Positions 33,769-45,402 of a stretch of DNA of 64,000 nt are shown here, in pieces. The translations under genes and the position numbers were made by a program. Every line of letters begins with the position of its first letter. The stretch's first letter is position 1. The stretch comes from Mayamaea pseudoterrestris. Its lineage: Eukaryota. The stretch is taken from assembly GCA_027923505.1 (NCBI GenBank), contig BROI01000001.1, positions 1,054,001 through 1,118,000 on the forward strand. The letters are read 5' to 3'. Under the pieces are notes generated by a model, which was given only the letters and a program-made list of their open reading frames with translations, was not told where the DNA came from and did no database searches.

Positions 33769-36700
33769 ATGTCTTGGAACAATAACAACAATAGCTTGGG
33801 CGATATTCGAGAGGATGATTCTGAAGATGGAGAAATTGACGAAGAGGAGGGAGAAATTGTATTGCCAAGCGACAATCCGCCTCCACCACCAGCTTCGGCT
33901 TCCGCGCCAATTAATCAGCCACCAGCTTTAGTAAGCAGTATCAGCGGCCTTCAAAATAATCCTGCATCTCAGCAGCAGCAGCGGCCTCCTCCTCCAAATT
34001 TTCCTCCTCCGTCTCTTGCCCGCCGCAATTCATGGCAGGGACGAGGAGGACCGCCCGATGGTCTTGCAGCTCATCGAGGCCGAGGATTTCCTCGCGGTGG
34101 CGGACGACTTGGAAATAGACGTCACTCCTTCAACACAAGTGACGTTAACAATAATAATCAGAGACTTCCTTTACCATTGCCTGGAGCATCAAGGTCGCAA
34201 AGCTTTTCGGCGGTTCCCATGCACGTTGTTTCGCAGTCGCAGCAGCAGCTACACCAACAGCAACATGGTCCTTCCAACCTTGCTCCAGCGGGATTGTCGC
34301 CTCGGCCGACGGATCCGCGTTTTCGAGGAGGCTTTGTTGGAAACTCCAGTCATCCGTCGGCCATGAAAGCGCGCATGGCGGCTCTGGAGCACAGCGAAGC
34401 TGGCAGCGCTGCTGCTTCTTCATCATTGCTCGTTCAGCAGCTAGATCAACCTGCACCCGACCAGCGCGAACATAGTTTGGAGCCCAGCTCCAGCGATGGA
34501 CGAGAATTGCAAGGCCGCGATGAAGGTTTGCAACAGACTGACGGAGAAACACGCAGCAATGAAACGTCTCATGGGCTTCCTCGTCCGCCCTTTTTGAACA
34601 TGGCCATTAGTGAACCAATTCCAAGAATAACCCATTTGCAGAGTCGCAGACCATCTTCTAACATCAGTGGTCATCATGCTTTGGAAGGAAGCATGGGAGA
34701 GTCAAGTTATTACGGTCCGGCAGCAAGTGGAAGCACCACAAATAGCGCTTCATTGGGACCTCTGGCTAGATTACGGACTGGCGAACATGGCATGGCAACA
34801 GAGACAGGCCATTATGGACCAGCGGGCGCCATGGATGAATCGGCTCCTCCAGGTGTGCATCGAACCGAATTTCCGACGATGACAAGAAAGCCACCGAAAT
34901 CAACGCAGACGATGGGCCATTATGGGCCGTCGAGTGATAATCAAGAGTTCACGGCCACAGAGGAGGATCACATGCCATTTGCGGGTGCGTCGCAGCGACC
35001 TCCAGTTGACGCAAGGGGACAATCTGCCTTTGCTCGAGAACATGAGGATCGACCATTTGCGGGTCAGCAGCGTTCCTTCGATGGACGGATTCCAACTCAT
35101 CAACGTTATGCGCACGCTGGTCGCGGCGACAACTGGTCATTCGGGCCGCGGCAGCAAATGGAACATCAAGGAAGGGGCTTTGGTCCGCATTCCCAGCAGC
35201 ATGACCAGCGAAATATCAATCACCAGCCAGACAATCGCGGTCTGAATCAGCAGGGGCGAGTTTTTGGCCCACAGCAACGCCAACCGCCACTGCAGGATCG
35301 TGGATTTGGTTTTCGCAAGCCACCATTCTCGAGCGAGTCATTGTCCCCACGCGGTAGCGTGCAAGGTGCAGGCGGCTTTTCGCGTGATCGGCGCGACTGG
35401 ACTCAACGAGCATCACCGCAGTCTTCCCCGTTTGGTCGCAAGAATATCGTACCAATGCCTTTGCAAGGACCTGCGATACCATTACCAGCATTGGATGGAA
35501 ATGAAGTGGAAGTCGAAAAAGAGAGGCTTCAAGGTGACGCTGGCCAGCTCAAGGACGATAAATCTGCCGCTCAGACTCATACTGCTGGAGTATCGGCTAT
35601 AACTGTACCGAGTGATGTGTCAATGCCTCCACCTGCTGCTCCACCTGCTGCTCCATCGTCTGCTCCCATTGTCGCACCTTTGACCAGTCTAACGACTAAT
35701 TTTTTGGGCGACGAGGCGACTATTGAACGCGCGGAAGCTGCCATCAAGAAATTGAGCGAGCTTGTTGGCAATCCAAGTCTGAAAGCTACCCCAGGTCCCG
35801 AAAGTCACAGTGATCTGCCAAGCAAACAGCTCTTGTTTCATGCTCTAGCAACGATGGATACTACGGTTAAAGCACTTCAGCAACAAGTCACGGACACTGA
35901 AAGCGAGCTCGAACATACAGAACGTTTTGCGGAGGCGGAAGTCGCAAGTGCACAGCATCGCGCCAAGCAATCGTTTCTAGATGTTGATAAGGACCGGTCG
36001 CAACAGGAAGAAGCGGCTCGTAGGGTAGTGAATGATGAATCAGAGCGAGAATTAGAACTACAGTTGCAACTCGCACAGAATTCGTTCGACGTTGATTTGA
36101 GTTCAGAACTTGCGAAGCTAGACGAGCAAGTTGCTGCCAGTAAACAGCAGGAGCAGACTCGACTAGCAGAAGCAACGATAGCGCAAGTCATTGTGGCGGC
36201 AGAAAACTTCGACAAGGACATAACGAAAGCCAGACGCGAATTAGAGCGAGCGGCTCATTCGACGAAGAAGACAGAAACGAAAGTTGCTATTGCCGAAACT
36301 AGTTATCAAGCAAAGATTGAGAGCGATTACGAACAAAAGGAGTCTAACAATGCTGAGTGTCATAAAATTCCAAGCTTGGTGTCAAACATTCTTGCCGAAA
36401 ATAAGCGTCGTGCTGCCGAGTCGCATATGAGTATCCTTTTTAACGGTCTTGGTGATGAAGCTGCGTCGACAGTTCGAGATCCGAAGTTTGGTTTGACCAA
36501 TACCGAATGGGGAATAAAGGCTCGGCAGGTAACTGGTCTTGCCGACGCTCTATATTCAGAGCCTTGCGAAACGCCTTACTATGACACTATCGAGCAAAAC
36601 CATGCAGCGATTGCTGCTCTAGTAAAGGAGTTTATTCGCGACAAGCAGATCCGTCTGCAGGTCCACTGGAACACTTTAGCTATCGAGTACGAGATACGTC

Positions 36701-38727
36701 AAAAAGCACACGATAAGCATTTACAGAAATTGAATGCTGGCAAAACTAAACGGCAGCGCTCTTCTAGCATAGTTCGACATTCAATCTTTTCGAAACCTGG
36801 CCTACCAATTCTAGAGTCGCAAGGTGGGCGCACGTCATCCAACCCTTATCGTCGAGCGAGGCGCGGAAATGAAGTCCGGTCTGAATATGAGCAGGAACAG
36901 ATCATTGCAGAATTAGCCGCAAAGGAAGCTTACGAGAGAAAAATATCACACGGTGGATCGGACCTTCCGAGGCAGATTGGCCAGCTGGAGCGAAGCCTCA
37001 CTGCTACGTTTTACAATACTTTCGAGGGACAGAGAGTTAATATGATGGAGCAGGAAGCCAACCTTGCGTTGGAAAATGTATGGACTGACATGGAAAAATG
37101 CATATTCTTGGATCGGTTTATGCAACACCCAAAAGATTTTCGCAAGATTGCCATGTTCCTGAGGAATAAGGGCACCAACGACTGCGTCAAGTTCTATTAC
37201 GACTCAAAGCCATACGTTCCATACAAAGCGGCTTTAAAAGAGTTTTTGATGCGGCGAAAGAAGAAAGAGTCTGCTACGTGGGACGCTACGATTGACGCGG
37301 CTATATCATGCGGAGCTGTTGTTGTGGCAGGTGACAGCGAGGAGAAGCCTTTAGTATTCATGCTTCCGGAAACCTCTTGCCACCATACTTGCCACTTCCA
37401 CCCGATGAAGAGAGAGATTCTGGATTCGTTGAATGAAAATGACGTAATAACCTTAGACGTTGCTGGTGATGATTCGGACGACGAGACACCTCGGGATCCT
37501 GGAAAGCCTAAACGCAGATCGCACATTCCCTTGTTCCATCTTGATCCAGAGCAGCGGAAATTTATAAAGGGAACATCGTCTCATGAGCATCTGAAATTGT
37601 CGTTGAGCCGTGCTAGTCTCGCTGAGACGGAAATGACGGGCGATAGTAATAGCTTGGGAGATATTTACGACGAGAGAACCGAGAAGACCTTGACGCCCAT
37701 GCGGCGCCCTCCTCAGAAGTGGAATGAAGATGAAAAGAATATATTTGTCGAGACGCTAGCTAAACATGGACGCGACTGGAATCTTTTAGCAAACGCCGTC
37801 GGAACAAAAAGTACGTCACAGATCAAGAACTACTATTATGACTACATGAAACAATCAGGCAAACTCCGTCCTGATAAAGCGAAGAAGCTGAGAGTAGACG
37901 GTCGAAAGCGCAAACGAGAGCAAGAGACTGATACCAATCCTACCCAATTTCAAGGTAGCGACAATTCAGAACCCAGCCTTCCACTTGATGAAGTGCCACA
38001 ACTTGCGCCTGTCCTACCTTTGGGACAACAACCGCCGGATCTCCATTCTGGACCTGCACTCGAAGCACTTTTTCGACAGCAACAAGAACAAACTCAAAAT
38101 TTTCAAGTGATGTCCAATCAGGTTAACGATTATTCTGCTACAGATATTTGGCTTCATCAGCAGCTTCAACAGCAACAAGCCCATCATAATCAAGCGCCAA
38201 TGTTGTCATCTAATACAGATGAGATGACGCACCAGCTTTTGCAGAGGCATACGTCGCAATCCCAGCAGCGTCAGCAATTACTTCAAAATATGCTACCATG
38301 GAACGCCCACAATCAGCCTCAGATGAGACAATCTAGCGCATCGCACGATTACCTCAGTGACGCATCCTCATTTGCAACCTCATCCCAACTGCAGGCCTTG
38401 CTCCAATTGCAGCAGCAGCAACAACAACAGCACCGCCACCAGCAGCCCCACCATCAACACAACCCATTAGGGGCATACTCCGCTGGAGGAAATATAAGCT
38501 CGTTATCTGGTATAAGTGGACTCAATTCGTCCGTTTTGGAACTAGCGCTCGCGCAACAACAACGCAACCAGCAGCAGCAACATCACCACCACCTGGCGCA
38601 ACAGCATCAATCATCTCAGCAACTTTCGGCCGAGCAGATTGCTCTCCAACAACTACTTGGTCTTGGCGACAGTTCCGATGCCTTGGCGTTGCTTCGCCAT
38701 GCCATGAACAGCAATCGTCAAAATTAA
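33769..38727 (+). CDS. NCoR/SMRT/Snt1-like double SANT (Myb) domain corepressor protein
   Basis: VWTDMEKCIFLDRFMQHPKDFRKIAMFLRNKGTNDCVKFYY and KWNEDEKNIFVETLAKHGRDWNLLANAVGTKSTSQIKNYY; coiled coil; polyQ tail. Confidence 0.87.
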   Translation: MSWNNNNNSLGDIREDDSEDGEIDEEEGEIVLPSDNPPPPPASASAPINQPPALVSSISGLQNNPASQQQQRPPPPNFPPPSLARRNSWQGRGGPPDGLAAHRGRGFPRGGGRLGNRRHSFNTSDVNNNNQRLPLPLPGASRSQSFSAVPMHVVSQSQQQLHQQQHGPSNLAPAGLSPRPTDPRFRGGFVGNSSHPSAMKARMAALEHSEAGSAAASSSLLVQQLDQPAPDQREHSLEPSSSDGRELQGRDEGLQQTDGETRSNETSHGLPRPPFLNMAISEPIPRITHLQSRRPSSNISGHHALEGSMGESSYYGPAASGSTTNSASLGPLARLRTGEHGMATETGHYGPAGAMDESAPPGVHRTEFPTMTRKPPKSTQTMGHYGPSSDNQEFTATEEDHMPFAGASQRPPVDARGQSAFAREHEDRPFAGQQRSFDGRIPTHQRYAHAGRGDNWSFGPRQQMEHQGRGFGPHSQQHDQRNINHQPDNRGLNQQGRVFGPQQRQPPLQDRGFGFRKPPFSSESLSPRGSVQGAGGFSRDRRDWTQRASPQSSPFGRKNIVPMPLQGPAIPLPALDGNEVEVEKERLQGDAGQLKDDKSAAQTHTAGVSAITVPSDVSMPPPAAPPAAPSSAPIVAPLTSLTTNFLGDEATIERAEAAIKKLSELVGNPSLKATPGPESHSDLPSKQLLFHALATMDTTVKALQQQVTDTESELEHTERFAEAEVASAQHRAKQSFLDVDKDRSQQEEAARRVVNDESERELELQLQLAQNSFDVDLSSELAKLDEQVAASKQQEQTRLAEATIAQVIVAAENFDKDITKARRELERAAHSTKKTETKVAIAETSYQAKIESDYEQKESNNAECHKIPSLVSNILAENKRRAAESHMSILFNGLGDEAASTVRDPKFGLTNTEWGIKARQVTGLADALYSEPCETPYYDTIEQNHAAIAALVKEFIRDKQIRLQVHWNTLAIEYEIRQKAHDKHLQKLNAGKTKRQRSSSIVRHSIFSKPGLPILESQGGRTSSNPYRRARRGNEVRSEYEQEQIIAELAAKEAYERKISHGGSDLPRQIGQLERSLTATFYNTFEGQRVNMMEQEANLALENVWTDMEKCIFLDRFMQHPKDFRKIAMFLRNKGTNDCVKFYYDSKPYVPYKAALKEFLMRRKKKESATWDATIDAAISCGAVVVAGDSEEKPLVFMLPETSCHHTCHFHPMKREILDSLNENDVITLDVAGDDSDDETPRDPGKPKRRSHIPLFHLDPEQRKFIKGTSSHEHLKLSLSRASLAETEMTGDSNSLGDIYDERTEKTLTPMRRPPQKWNEDEKNIFVETLAKHGRDWNLLANAVGTKSTSQIKNYYYDYMKQSGKLRPDKAKKLRVDGRKRKREQETDTNPTQFQGSDNSEPSLPLDEVPQLAPVLPLGQQPPDLHSGPALEALFRQQQEQTQNFQVMSNQVNDYSATDIWLHQQLQQQQAHHNQAPMLSSNTDEMTHQLLQRHTSQSQQRQQLLQNMLPWNAHNQPQMRQSSASHDYLSDASSFATSSQLQALLQLQQQQQQQHRHQQPHHQHNPLGAYSAGGNISSLSGISGLNSSVLELALAQQQRNQQQQHHHHLAQQHQSSQQLSAEQIALQQLLGLGDSSDALALLRHAMNSNRQN

Positions 38728-38750
38728 ATGAATTTATTAGTATAAGTGAT

Positions 38751-39710
38751 CTAAACATCTTTCCTTAATTGCAGTACACTTCCAATCTGCATACTTCCTG
38801 GCGCATCCACAACGGCATAGACTCCCAAGTATGGCCCATGCTGTGGATAGTGCTGCGCCAATAGTTTCGGAACGTCCAAGCAAGTAAAGTTTGGATATTC
38901 GCTCGGATTGATTGAAACACCCTTGCATCGAACCGTCTTGCTAATGACGGTCAGCGTCAAACCACTCTCTGGCTCGAGTAGTTGCTGCTTGTTTGCGACC
39001 CAGTCAAACTCAGACCATGCCGGTGGACCTTGAATGACAATGTTGGGTCGAAAGCGTGTCGCCTGGAGAAATGGGAGTTGAAGAGTATTTTGAATGTCAT
39101 CAATCGTCGCTTGATTGATAATGTGAACCGTCCGCGTATCGTTTCGCTGCTTATAGCCTGACGAAGTGTTTCCAAATTGGTGAGTATGCTTATTCGAAGA
39201 AGAGTTTGATGTAATGCAGTGAACCTTCTTGCCGGATTCGGTGGACATGAATTCTGCAAAACGTTCGCGGTTCGTCGGTTGCTGCAAGTCAATCTCGTCG
39301 AAAAAGATTTGCCCAGTCGATCGACTCTTGAGTGTCAGCAGCCGTCGCTGAGAACCATCGCTTCCGTGTCCTTTTTCAATTCTATAGTTGGATTTAAACT
39401 GCGCCAAAAACTCTGGATCAGAAAAGGCACACAAGAAATTCTCCTTGTGGAGCCACTCGCCGGGCTTGTAGTTCTGTTGGGCAGACTCCAGCAGTAGAGC
39501 GAATCGACGATCATCAGGAAAAGTGTCTCCAGCTGAGTCAAAATCTACGCGAGTTAGTTGGTCGCCCGATAGACCCTTGACGGCATATCGATGCAGGCCC
39601 GAAACTGTCATGCAGGTGGACGACGATGCTGTCGCTGCAGCTGTGTTTGCTTCGAGACTATTACCGCTAGAAGTAGCAAGTAAGTGAGAAAGCCAATTGA
39701 ATGAGCGCAT
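38751..39710 (-). CDS. MOSC domain protein (mARC/YcbX-like)
   Basis: LHRYAVKGLSG, DRRFAL, RFRPNIVIQG..WSEFDW, RC motif, LGVYAVV. Confidence 0.9.
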   Translation of the reverse strand: MRSFNWLSHLLATSSGNSLEANTAAATASSSTCMTVSGLHRYAVKGLSGDQLTRVDFDSAGDTFPDDRRFALLLESAQQNYKPGEWLHKENFLCAFSDPEFLAQFKSNYRIEKGHGSDGSQRRLLTLKSRSTGQIFFDEIDLQQPTNRERFAEFMSTESGKKVHCITSNSSSNKHTHQFGNTSSGYKQRNDTRTVHIINQATIDDIQNTLQLPFLQATRFRPNIVIQGPPAWSEFDWVANKQQLLEPESGLTLTVISKTVRCKGVSINPSEYPNFTCLDVPKLLAQHYPQHGPYLGVYAVVDAPGSMQIGSVLQLRKDV

Positions 39711-40014
39711 GGTGCTTTATCTTATTTACGTTTTGTGTCCTGGGGCCAGTGCACTGTCGTCGAAGGACCGGCATTTTGTGAGGATCTTCATCATGGTCGT
39801 CGACGAAGCAACCATCAAGCCCGCGCCGGCGCGCCATCTCAGGACGCATCGGTAAACGGTTCCCGATTCCAATGCATCGCATGTTAGCTATGCGTGCCGA
39901 TAAGCAATATCATAGTTTAAGGATGCATTCGCGCATCCGAAAGATCATACCATATGGACGAACAACAGAATATTAAACCTTATAATTATATATATTTTTC
40001 CCAACTTTCACCAT

Positions 40015-40884
40015 TCATGTAATGGTTGGTCGCCTTGTCTGCAACGACTTGTTTGAGCTATGCGAAGACCGACCGCGCTGGGTAGGGCGAGGCTGCCGTC
40101 TCGTAAAGGCCATGATTGCAGCTTGCTGGTCCATGACAGTCGAATCGTCACCAGACGAGCCGACACTGTGGGCACTGCTATTGTAGCGGCAGAGCATGAT
40201 GTTTCTCTGCAATCGAACGCTTTCCGAACCATGGCTGCTGCTTGTGGAGCAGGTTTCTGAGGATACATCTTTTATAGATGACGGCGACAGAGCAACTTGG
40301 TCATAGTTTTCAAGAATAACATCATTCCTTTCGGCCGCTCCACTGTCTAATGACTTTGGATTTGTCGTTGGCTCTTTTGTGCCTTGCACGAGTGATCGCT
40401 GCTCAAGGAATGCTTGGAGCGAAATGGGGCGTGGCGAAGAGGTTTGTTCCTGACTGTAATGAGCAGAAGTGGCAGCAGGAAGCAGACGCGCATTCTCTTT
40501 TGTCTCGCAACGAATGCGTGCCACGCGCTTGATATGAATGGCTCGAGTTTCGCTTGTCGTGCTTGTTTCGAGAGCAATCGAGTTGCCTTGTTCGCGCTCG
40601 TTCGGGAGGGTGACTTGGTCGCTTGTTTCCGATGCCTGGCTTTCCAAGGACTGTGATGAATTACCAAAATGTGAAGATTGATGGCATCTTCTGGTAATGA
40701 CGAGACTTGGCTTGTTTTCGATATTCCGGCCACCGGTAGGCGTTCTAGGCGAAGGCGTGGCTCGATGGTCAAGTAGCCTGGAATTCTTCTTCAGAGCGGT
40801 AGTTGGAGGTGAGTATGCCGCATTGACATTGTTCATTGAGCGGCGCTTTAAGGTAAGCATCTTGTCGGCATTGTCGAAACCCAT
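40015..40884 (-). CDS. Hypothetical disordered Ser/Thr-rich protein, paralog A
   Basis: 289-aa ORF sharing N- and C-terminal motifs with 41969-43492. Confidence 0.8.
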   Translation of the reverse strand: MGFDNADKMLTLKRRSMNNVNAAYSPPTTALKKNSRLLDHRATPSPRTPTGGRNIENKPSLVITRRCHQSSHFGNSSQSLESQASETSDQVTLPNEREQGNSIALETSTTSETRAIHIKRVARIRCETKENARLLPAATSAHYSQEQTSSPRPISLQAFLEQRSLVQGTKEPTTNPKSLDSGAAERNDVILENYDQVALSPSSIKDVSSETCSTSSSHGSESVRLQRNIMLCRYNSSAHSVGSSGDDSTVMDQQAAIMAFTRRQPRPTQRGRSSHSSNKSLQTRRPTIT

Positions 40885-41968
40885 GGTGAAGAGTTGAAAG
40901 GATGAGGGTTGATGAATGCGCTGATCTCACAGTCAATGATTTTTGTGATCACCGAGTTGGTTCACCATTGAAGAAGCACTCCGAACAAATGACCTTCGGC
41001 GGAACTGTTGCAACTCCGAAGCGAATGACCGCATTTATGAGTATGTGTACATTACAAATCATACTTCACGAACTGTCTACGAGCCGTCGGAGAATTCGAG
41101 CGTTCTTCATCGAATATTGGTCATTTGCGTACTTCGGCTTTTCGTCATCAGTCGTGTTGCTAGCATACTAGCCGAATATATCATACCGGTGGCTTGAATT
41201 CACTGGTTTGGCTAACCATTCACGTAAAGCATTAGCATATAATGTCTCCCAACGGTGATATGGTAGTGCAGTTGTAAGAATTTCTCCCCACAACACGCAC
41301 TACCTACAAGTCGGCTCCCATTTGGCATGGCGACTTGACGGGCGCAGCGCTTGCGAAAACATTCCCATTTGCTTGCTTGCGAACGAGACGGGCAAGGTCA
41401 TGCAGTCTACCTGTCAACTAAAGGACAGCCCCGAGTACTACGTCGTTTCCGCCAAGACTGTCTTATACCTTGAAAAGCAAGTTTGTAAGTTGCCCGCAAG
41501 CTCACCAAAGACAATTCGTTGCCGTTTGTCGTTGCAGAGCAGTCTTGCCGGACGGCGACGATGACAAGATCCCCCAGAGAGTATGACCTGAGGCGGCGCG
41601 TGCAAGGTTGTATGGTGTTTGTGCGTTGACGGAACAGTTTGAAATGGGAGGAAACGTATATGACGCAAGACTATTGGTGGATAGGATAGTGTTACTTCGT
41701 GATAACATAGTATCAAACATTGGTTACATGAAGCAGCTTTTGATAGGTCGATCGCTTTCCATTGGCGACGCATGTTGAGTAATCGCAAGATGGGTGGAAC
41801 CTCGAACAAGCGACTCGATGCGCCAGCAGTACGCCACCGATACAAGAGCAAACAAATGCTATTAACAACCTCGCTTAACGACGCACATCCGTTGTACTAG
41901 CAGAGTGTTTCGTACGATTACCTGAAACCGTTTTTTAAGTAGCTTCCTGTACCATATCCTCGACCAAA

Positions 41969-43492
41969 TTACGCAATGGTTGGTCGTCGCTTGGCCATTG
42001 CTCTGCTAGTTTCTGTTGCCGCCGCTGACGTTGCTGTCAAGGCTGCCCGCGATGGGGCACCAATACTTCGAGAGACCTTTGGCGCCCGCCTCGTAAAGGC
42101 CAGCATGGCCGCGTGCTGGTCCATGGCAGCGTTCGCACTCCCGTCGCAACCACTTTCAGCGGCAAGAGCAGCCACCAAGCCAGATGGAAAGCGACTAACG
42201 TGTCGTACACCAATCTGAAGCTTCTTCTTTTGTGGACTATGCATCGTCGGTGATGCATCAATACTCGCTGCAGTAGTTGGTGTAATTGTAGGTGCTGAAA
42301 TGAAGTCAAAGTCAATATTGTCGAGACTGGCATGTAATCGATCGGTCAAGTTGCGGTTGCGAATGAGAATGCGGGTCTTGTTGCCTTGCTTGGGTGTCTT
42401 GATAGTGTTGCAGCTACTGCTGTTGGCCTCTGCTTCCGTTGCTGCAGCCGGAGTCGGCTCCATCGCCGCCTCGTTCAAAGGTGCGGCTTGGAATGTCAAA
42501 TCTTGCCCACATAACGTTACTTCAAGCGGTACTGATGCAGCCATTGGCAACGCTTCTTGCTTGGCCGCCTTTTGGAAAACATCCTTCATGCTTGGCATGG
42601 GACGAGTCTGGGACGAAGCTCGATCAAGTATGGGTGCCTCCAAGGTAACATCGGACGCGCAAAAGGGCAAATCACCGACACTTTTCAAGGCTTCCTGCAC
42701 CAGTACGGAATCATGGCTGCGATGCATTTCGGATAGAGCCGCTTGCAAGACAATGGCGTTTGAATCCACCGACGATACCGAATCATGAAAGGTTCGTCGA
42801 CTGTTGGCAAAGACTGGAGACGCAGTGCTATTGTCAAGCAAGGAACGCGATCCATCGTTGCAGGCAGCATTTGCGATTACTTGCTCAATATCGAGCGACG
42901 ATCCTGACGTGTTCATGGTCGAGGTCATGATGGTAGCATTGCTTGAGCCTTTGCGTCGGGCAGGCGCCTTGCGCTTGGACTTGCGAGGCGATCGCTGCAA
43001 GAGGAGCATGGTCTTGCTCAAGAGCTTGTCGTCTTGGAGAGACTTGTGGAAGCGACGATTTGTTCCTTCCTTTGTTGTATTCTCCGTGACAGTAGTGTTT
43101 GGGTCACTGCTAACAGAGAAGAGATCCGAAATGCTGATTTCATCGTCATCATCGTCATATTCGGAGCAGGCCGCATGCTGATCTTCGTCTTCGTCTCGCT
43201 TGATAGAAGTAGCACCAGCGGCGACATCATCCATGTCAAGACCGGATATTTGTTTCATCAGCTCGCACTTGGCTGGATGAGCTTGAATGATGCGTCGACG
43301 TGGTAGAGCGGCCTTGTTCGCCCGTCGCGGAGAATCGACCGGAGTGGCCTTCGAGTAACGCAAGTCATGCAGTTTAGACTGATTCTTTGGTGGCGGTGCC
43401 GATGCTGCTAGTGCAGAAGCGACTGGTTCTAAATTGCTTGTCTTGGAGCGCCGCTTGAGCGTAAGCGTCTTGTCGGCGTTGCCAAAGCCCAT
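41969..43492 (-). CDS. Hypothetical disordered protein, paralog B
   Basis: 507-aa ORF; terminal motifs shared with 40015-40884 and internal motifs shared with 45403-47661. Confidence 0.85.
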   Translation of the reverse strand: MGFGNADKTLTLKRRSKTSNLEPVASALAASAPPPKNQSKLHDLRYSKATPVDSPRRANKAALPRRRIIQAHPAKCELMKQISGLDMDDVAAGATSIKRDEDEDQHAACSEYDDDDDEISISDLFSVSSDPNTTVTENTTKEGTNRRFHKSLQDDKLLSKTMLLLQRSPRKSKRKAPARRKGSSNATIMTSTMNTSGSSLDIEQVIANAACNDGSRSLLDNSTASPVFANSRRTFHDSVSSVDSNAIVLQAALSEMHRSHDSVLVQEALKSVGDLPFCASDVTLEAPILDRASSQTRPMPSMKDVFQKAAKQEALPMAASVPLEVTLCGQDLTFQAAPLNEAAMEPTPAAATEAEANSSSCNTIKTPKQGNKTRILIRNRNLTDRLHASLDNIDFDFISAPTITPTTAASIDASPTMHSPQKKKLQIGVRHVSRFPSGLVAALAAESGCDGSANAAMDQHAAMLAFTRRAPKVSRSIGAPSRAALTATSAAATETSRAMAKRRPTIA

Positions 43493-43964
43493 GGTCTACT
43501 ACTGTCTGCAGTTCCTGTCTTGGATTGTGCCGGCGGACGAGCGATTTACCCTCGCGCGATGCAAAAGATGAGCCAGCGCAAGACTGCCCGATTTTGGTCA
43601 GTACATATTGCCACGATGCCAGGCAATAGTAACAAGTTCAAGAGCGTCCTTGTTTAGCTCATGAAGAATGTCTCAAAGAGATATGCCTCACCAATGATCG
43701 CGACCAATTAATGCTGCCTCATTCTTGCAGGCAATAATCTAACGAACAAGTGACAAATGTCGGTGACTACTGACGTTTTGTTCTTCCTTGGAATTCTTGT
43801 GGAAACCAGTACCGGTGCGTCGTCCGTCTCGCCGGCCTTCGCGACCAAGGAAAATCAACATGAGCTGCCGCTTGCCTGTGTCCATTGCTCCTGTTGATAT
43901 CGACACGAGACGCATCTTGCTGCACTTTAACACAAACAAAAACCGTCTCTAGCAATTTTCAAGC

Positions 43965-44855
43965 ATGGGTCGCTGCGCCGTTCAACTCGTCCTTGGACCA
44001 GCAGGCTCCGGAAAATCCACCTACTGCCAAGCCATTCAGGATCACTGCGAAACCACGGGATCCCGTCGTGTCCATGTTGCCAATTTGGATCCAGCTTGTG
44101 ATACCTTTGGTTATGAACCTAGTTTTGATATTCAGGAGCTGATTAGTGTCAATGATGTCATGACGGAGCTTGGACTCGGACCGAACGGTGGATTGCTGTA
44201 TTGCATGGAATATTTGCTCGATAATTTGGACTGGCTTGAGAATGAAATGAGTCAATTTGGCGACGATGACTATCTCATTCTGGACTGTCCCGGTCAAATT
44301 GAGCTGTACACGCACGTTCCGATCATGAAGCGAGTCATTGAGCGCATTCAAGAGTGGGGATTCGATATGGTCAGTGTATTTTTGGTGGATGCCGCCTTTT
44401 TGGTTGACGCCAGCAAGTTCTTGTCGGGATCGCTTCTTTCGCTGTCGGCCATGATTTCATTGGAGCTTCCTCATGTTAATGTATTGAGCAAATGTGACCT
44501 CATGGCCGCCGAGGAAGTGGATTCAATCTTGGATCAAACAAGCGCCATTCAACTGTGGGAGAGAGATCAAGTGCGGCAAAGCCTGATTGCAGAAGATGCG
44601 TCCGAGGAGGAAAGAAGCCGACAATCGCAGCTCGAGCAACGACGACGCCAGCGAGGACGTTTAACGGATGCTATATCGCAACTCCTTGACGATTATCAAA
44701 TGGTCAGCTTTGTCCCGCTAAACATCAAGGATGAGGAAAGTCTCGAACATGTACTTGCTACAGTGGATCACGCCATTCAGTATGGCGAGGATGCCGAAGT
44801 ACGAGAGACGGATATTGAGGAGCGCATGAACGCATCGAGCCATCAGGATGCTTGA
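43965..44855 (+). CDS. GPN3: GPN-loop GTPase 3
   Basis: GPAGSGKSTYC, NLDPA, LGLGPNGGLLYCMEYL, DCPGQIELYTH, ELPHVNVLSKCDL, IQYGED. Confidence 0.93.
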   Translation: MGRCAVQLVLGPAGSGKSTYCQAIQDHCETTGSRRVHVANLDPACDTFGYEPSFDIQELISVNDVMTELGLGPNGGLLYCMEYLLDNLDWLENEMSQFGDDDYLILDCPGQIELYTHVPIMKRVIERIQEWGFDMVSVFLVDAAFLVDASKFLSGSLLSLSAMISLELPHVNVLSKCDLMAAEEVDSILDQTSAIQLWERDQVRQSLIAEDASEEERSRQSQLEQRRRQRGRLTDAISQLLDDYQMVSFVPLNIKDEESLEHVLATVDHAIQYGEDAEVRETDIEERMNASSHQDA

Positions 44856-45402
44856 GCAATGAGCCATCGCCAGACTTTTGATGCCGCGCGCTTGATACTG
44901 GCTGCCAATAGCTATTTTCAATGAAAGTTTGCTTTTACATATACTTTCTGTGACTTATACTCGTACTGCCATCTTTTAGTTTGCACTGTTGCCGATGGCA
45001 GACCCCTACCGGTACAATTTGGCGAAGCATTCCAAGAAAACGAAGCGGTTTCATTGTCAGTGCGACACATTGCGTGTGCGTCGACTCCGACTGCCGCGCT
45101 GGCGCGCCATCGCGACGCGGTCAGTCGTTCATGCGACCATGAGGAAAGTGTGAATACTCGATTCGCAGTGCGCACCACTATGCCGATGATTGACGGACTT
45201 TGACCAACTTTGCTGCTGGACAGGAACCTATAGGGCGACACGGAGACGTAACATACGACGCGACACTCCCTGGCTGCTCGAATTTAGAAAGCAATCACTA
45301 CCAGTGCGCGAGTCAGCAGGCAGCACGTGCCGATTGTCAGCACTGCACTGCACCTCAACGTGCCCAACTTTTATCGTCAAGTGTTCGACTGCAAGCATTA
45401 TC

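Noticed and set aside
38400..38610. CAG/CAA repeats as a separate element
   Set aside because: Ordinary polyQ coding sequence of the SANT protein.
41438..41851. 137-aa ORF between paralogs A and B
   Set aside because: Non-ATG start and no similarity to the flanking paralogs.
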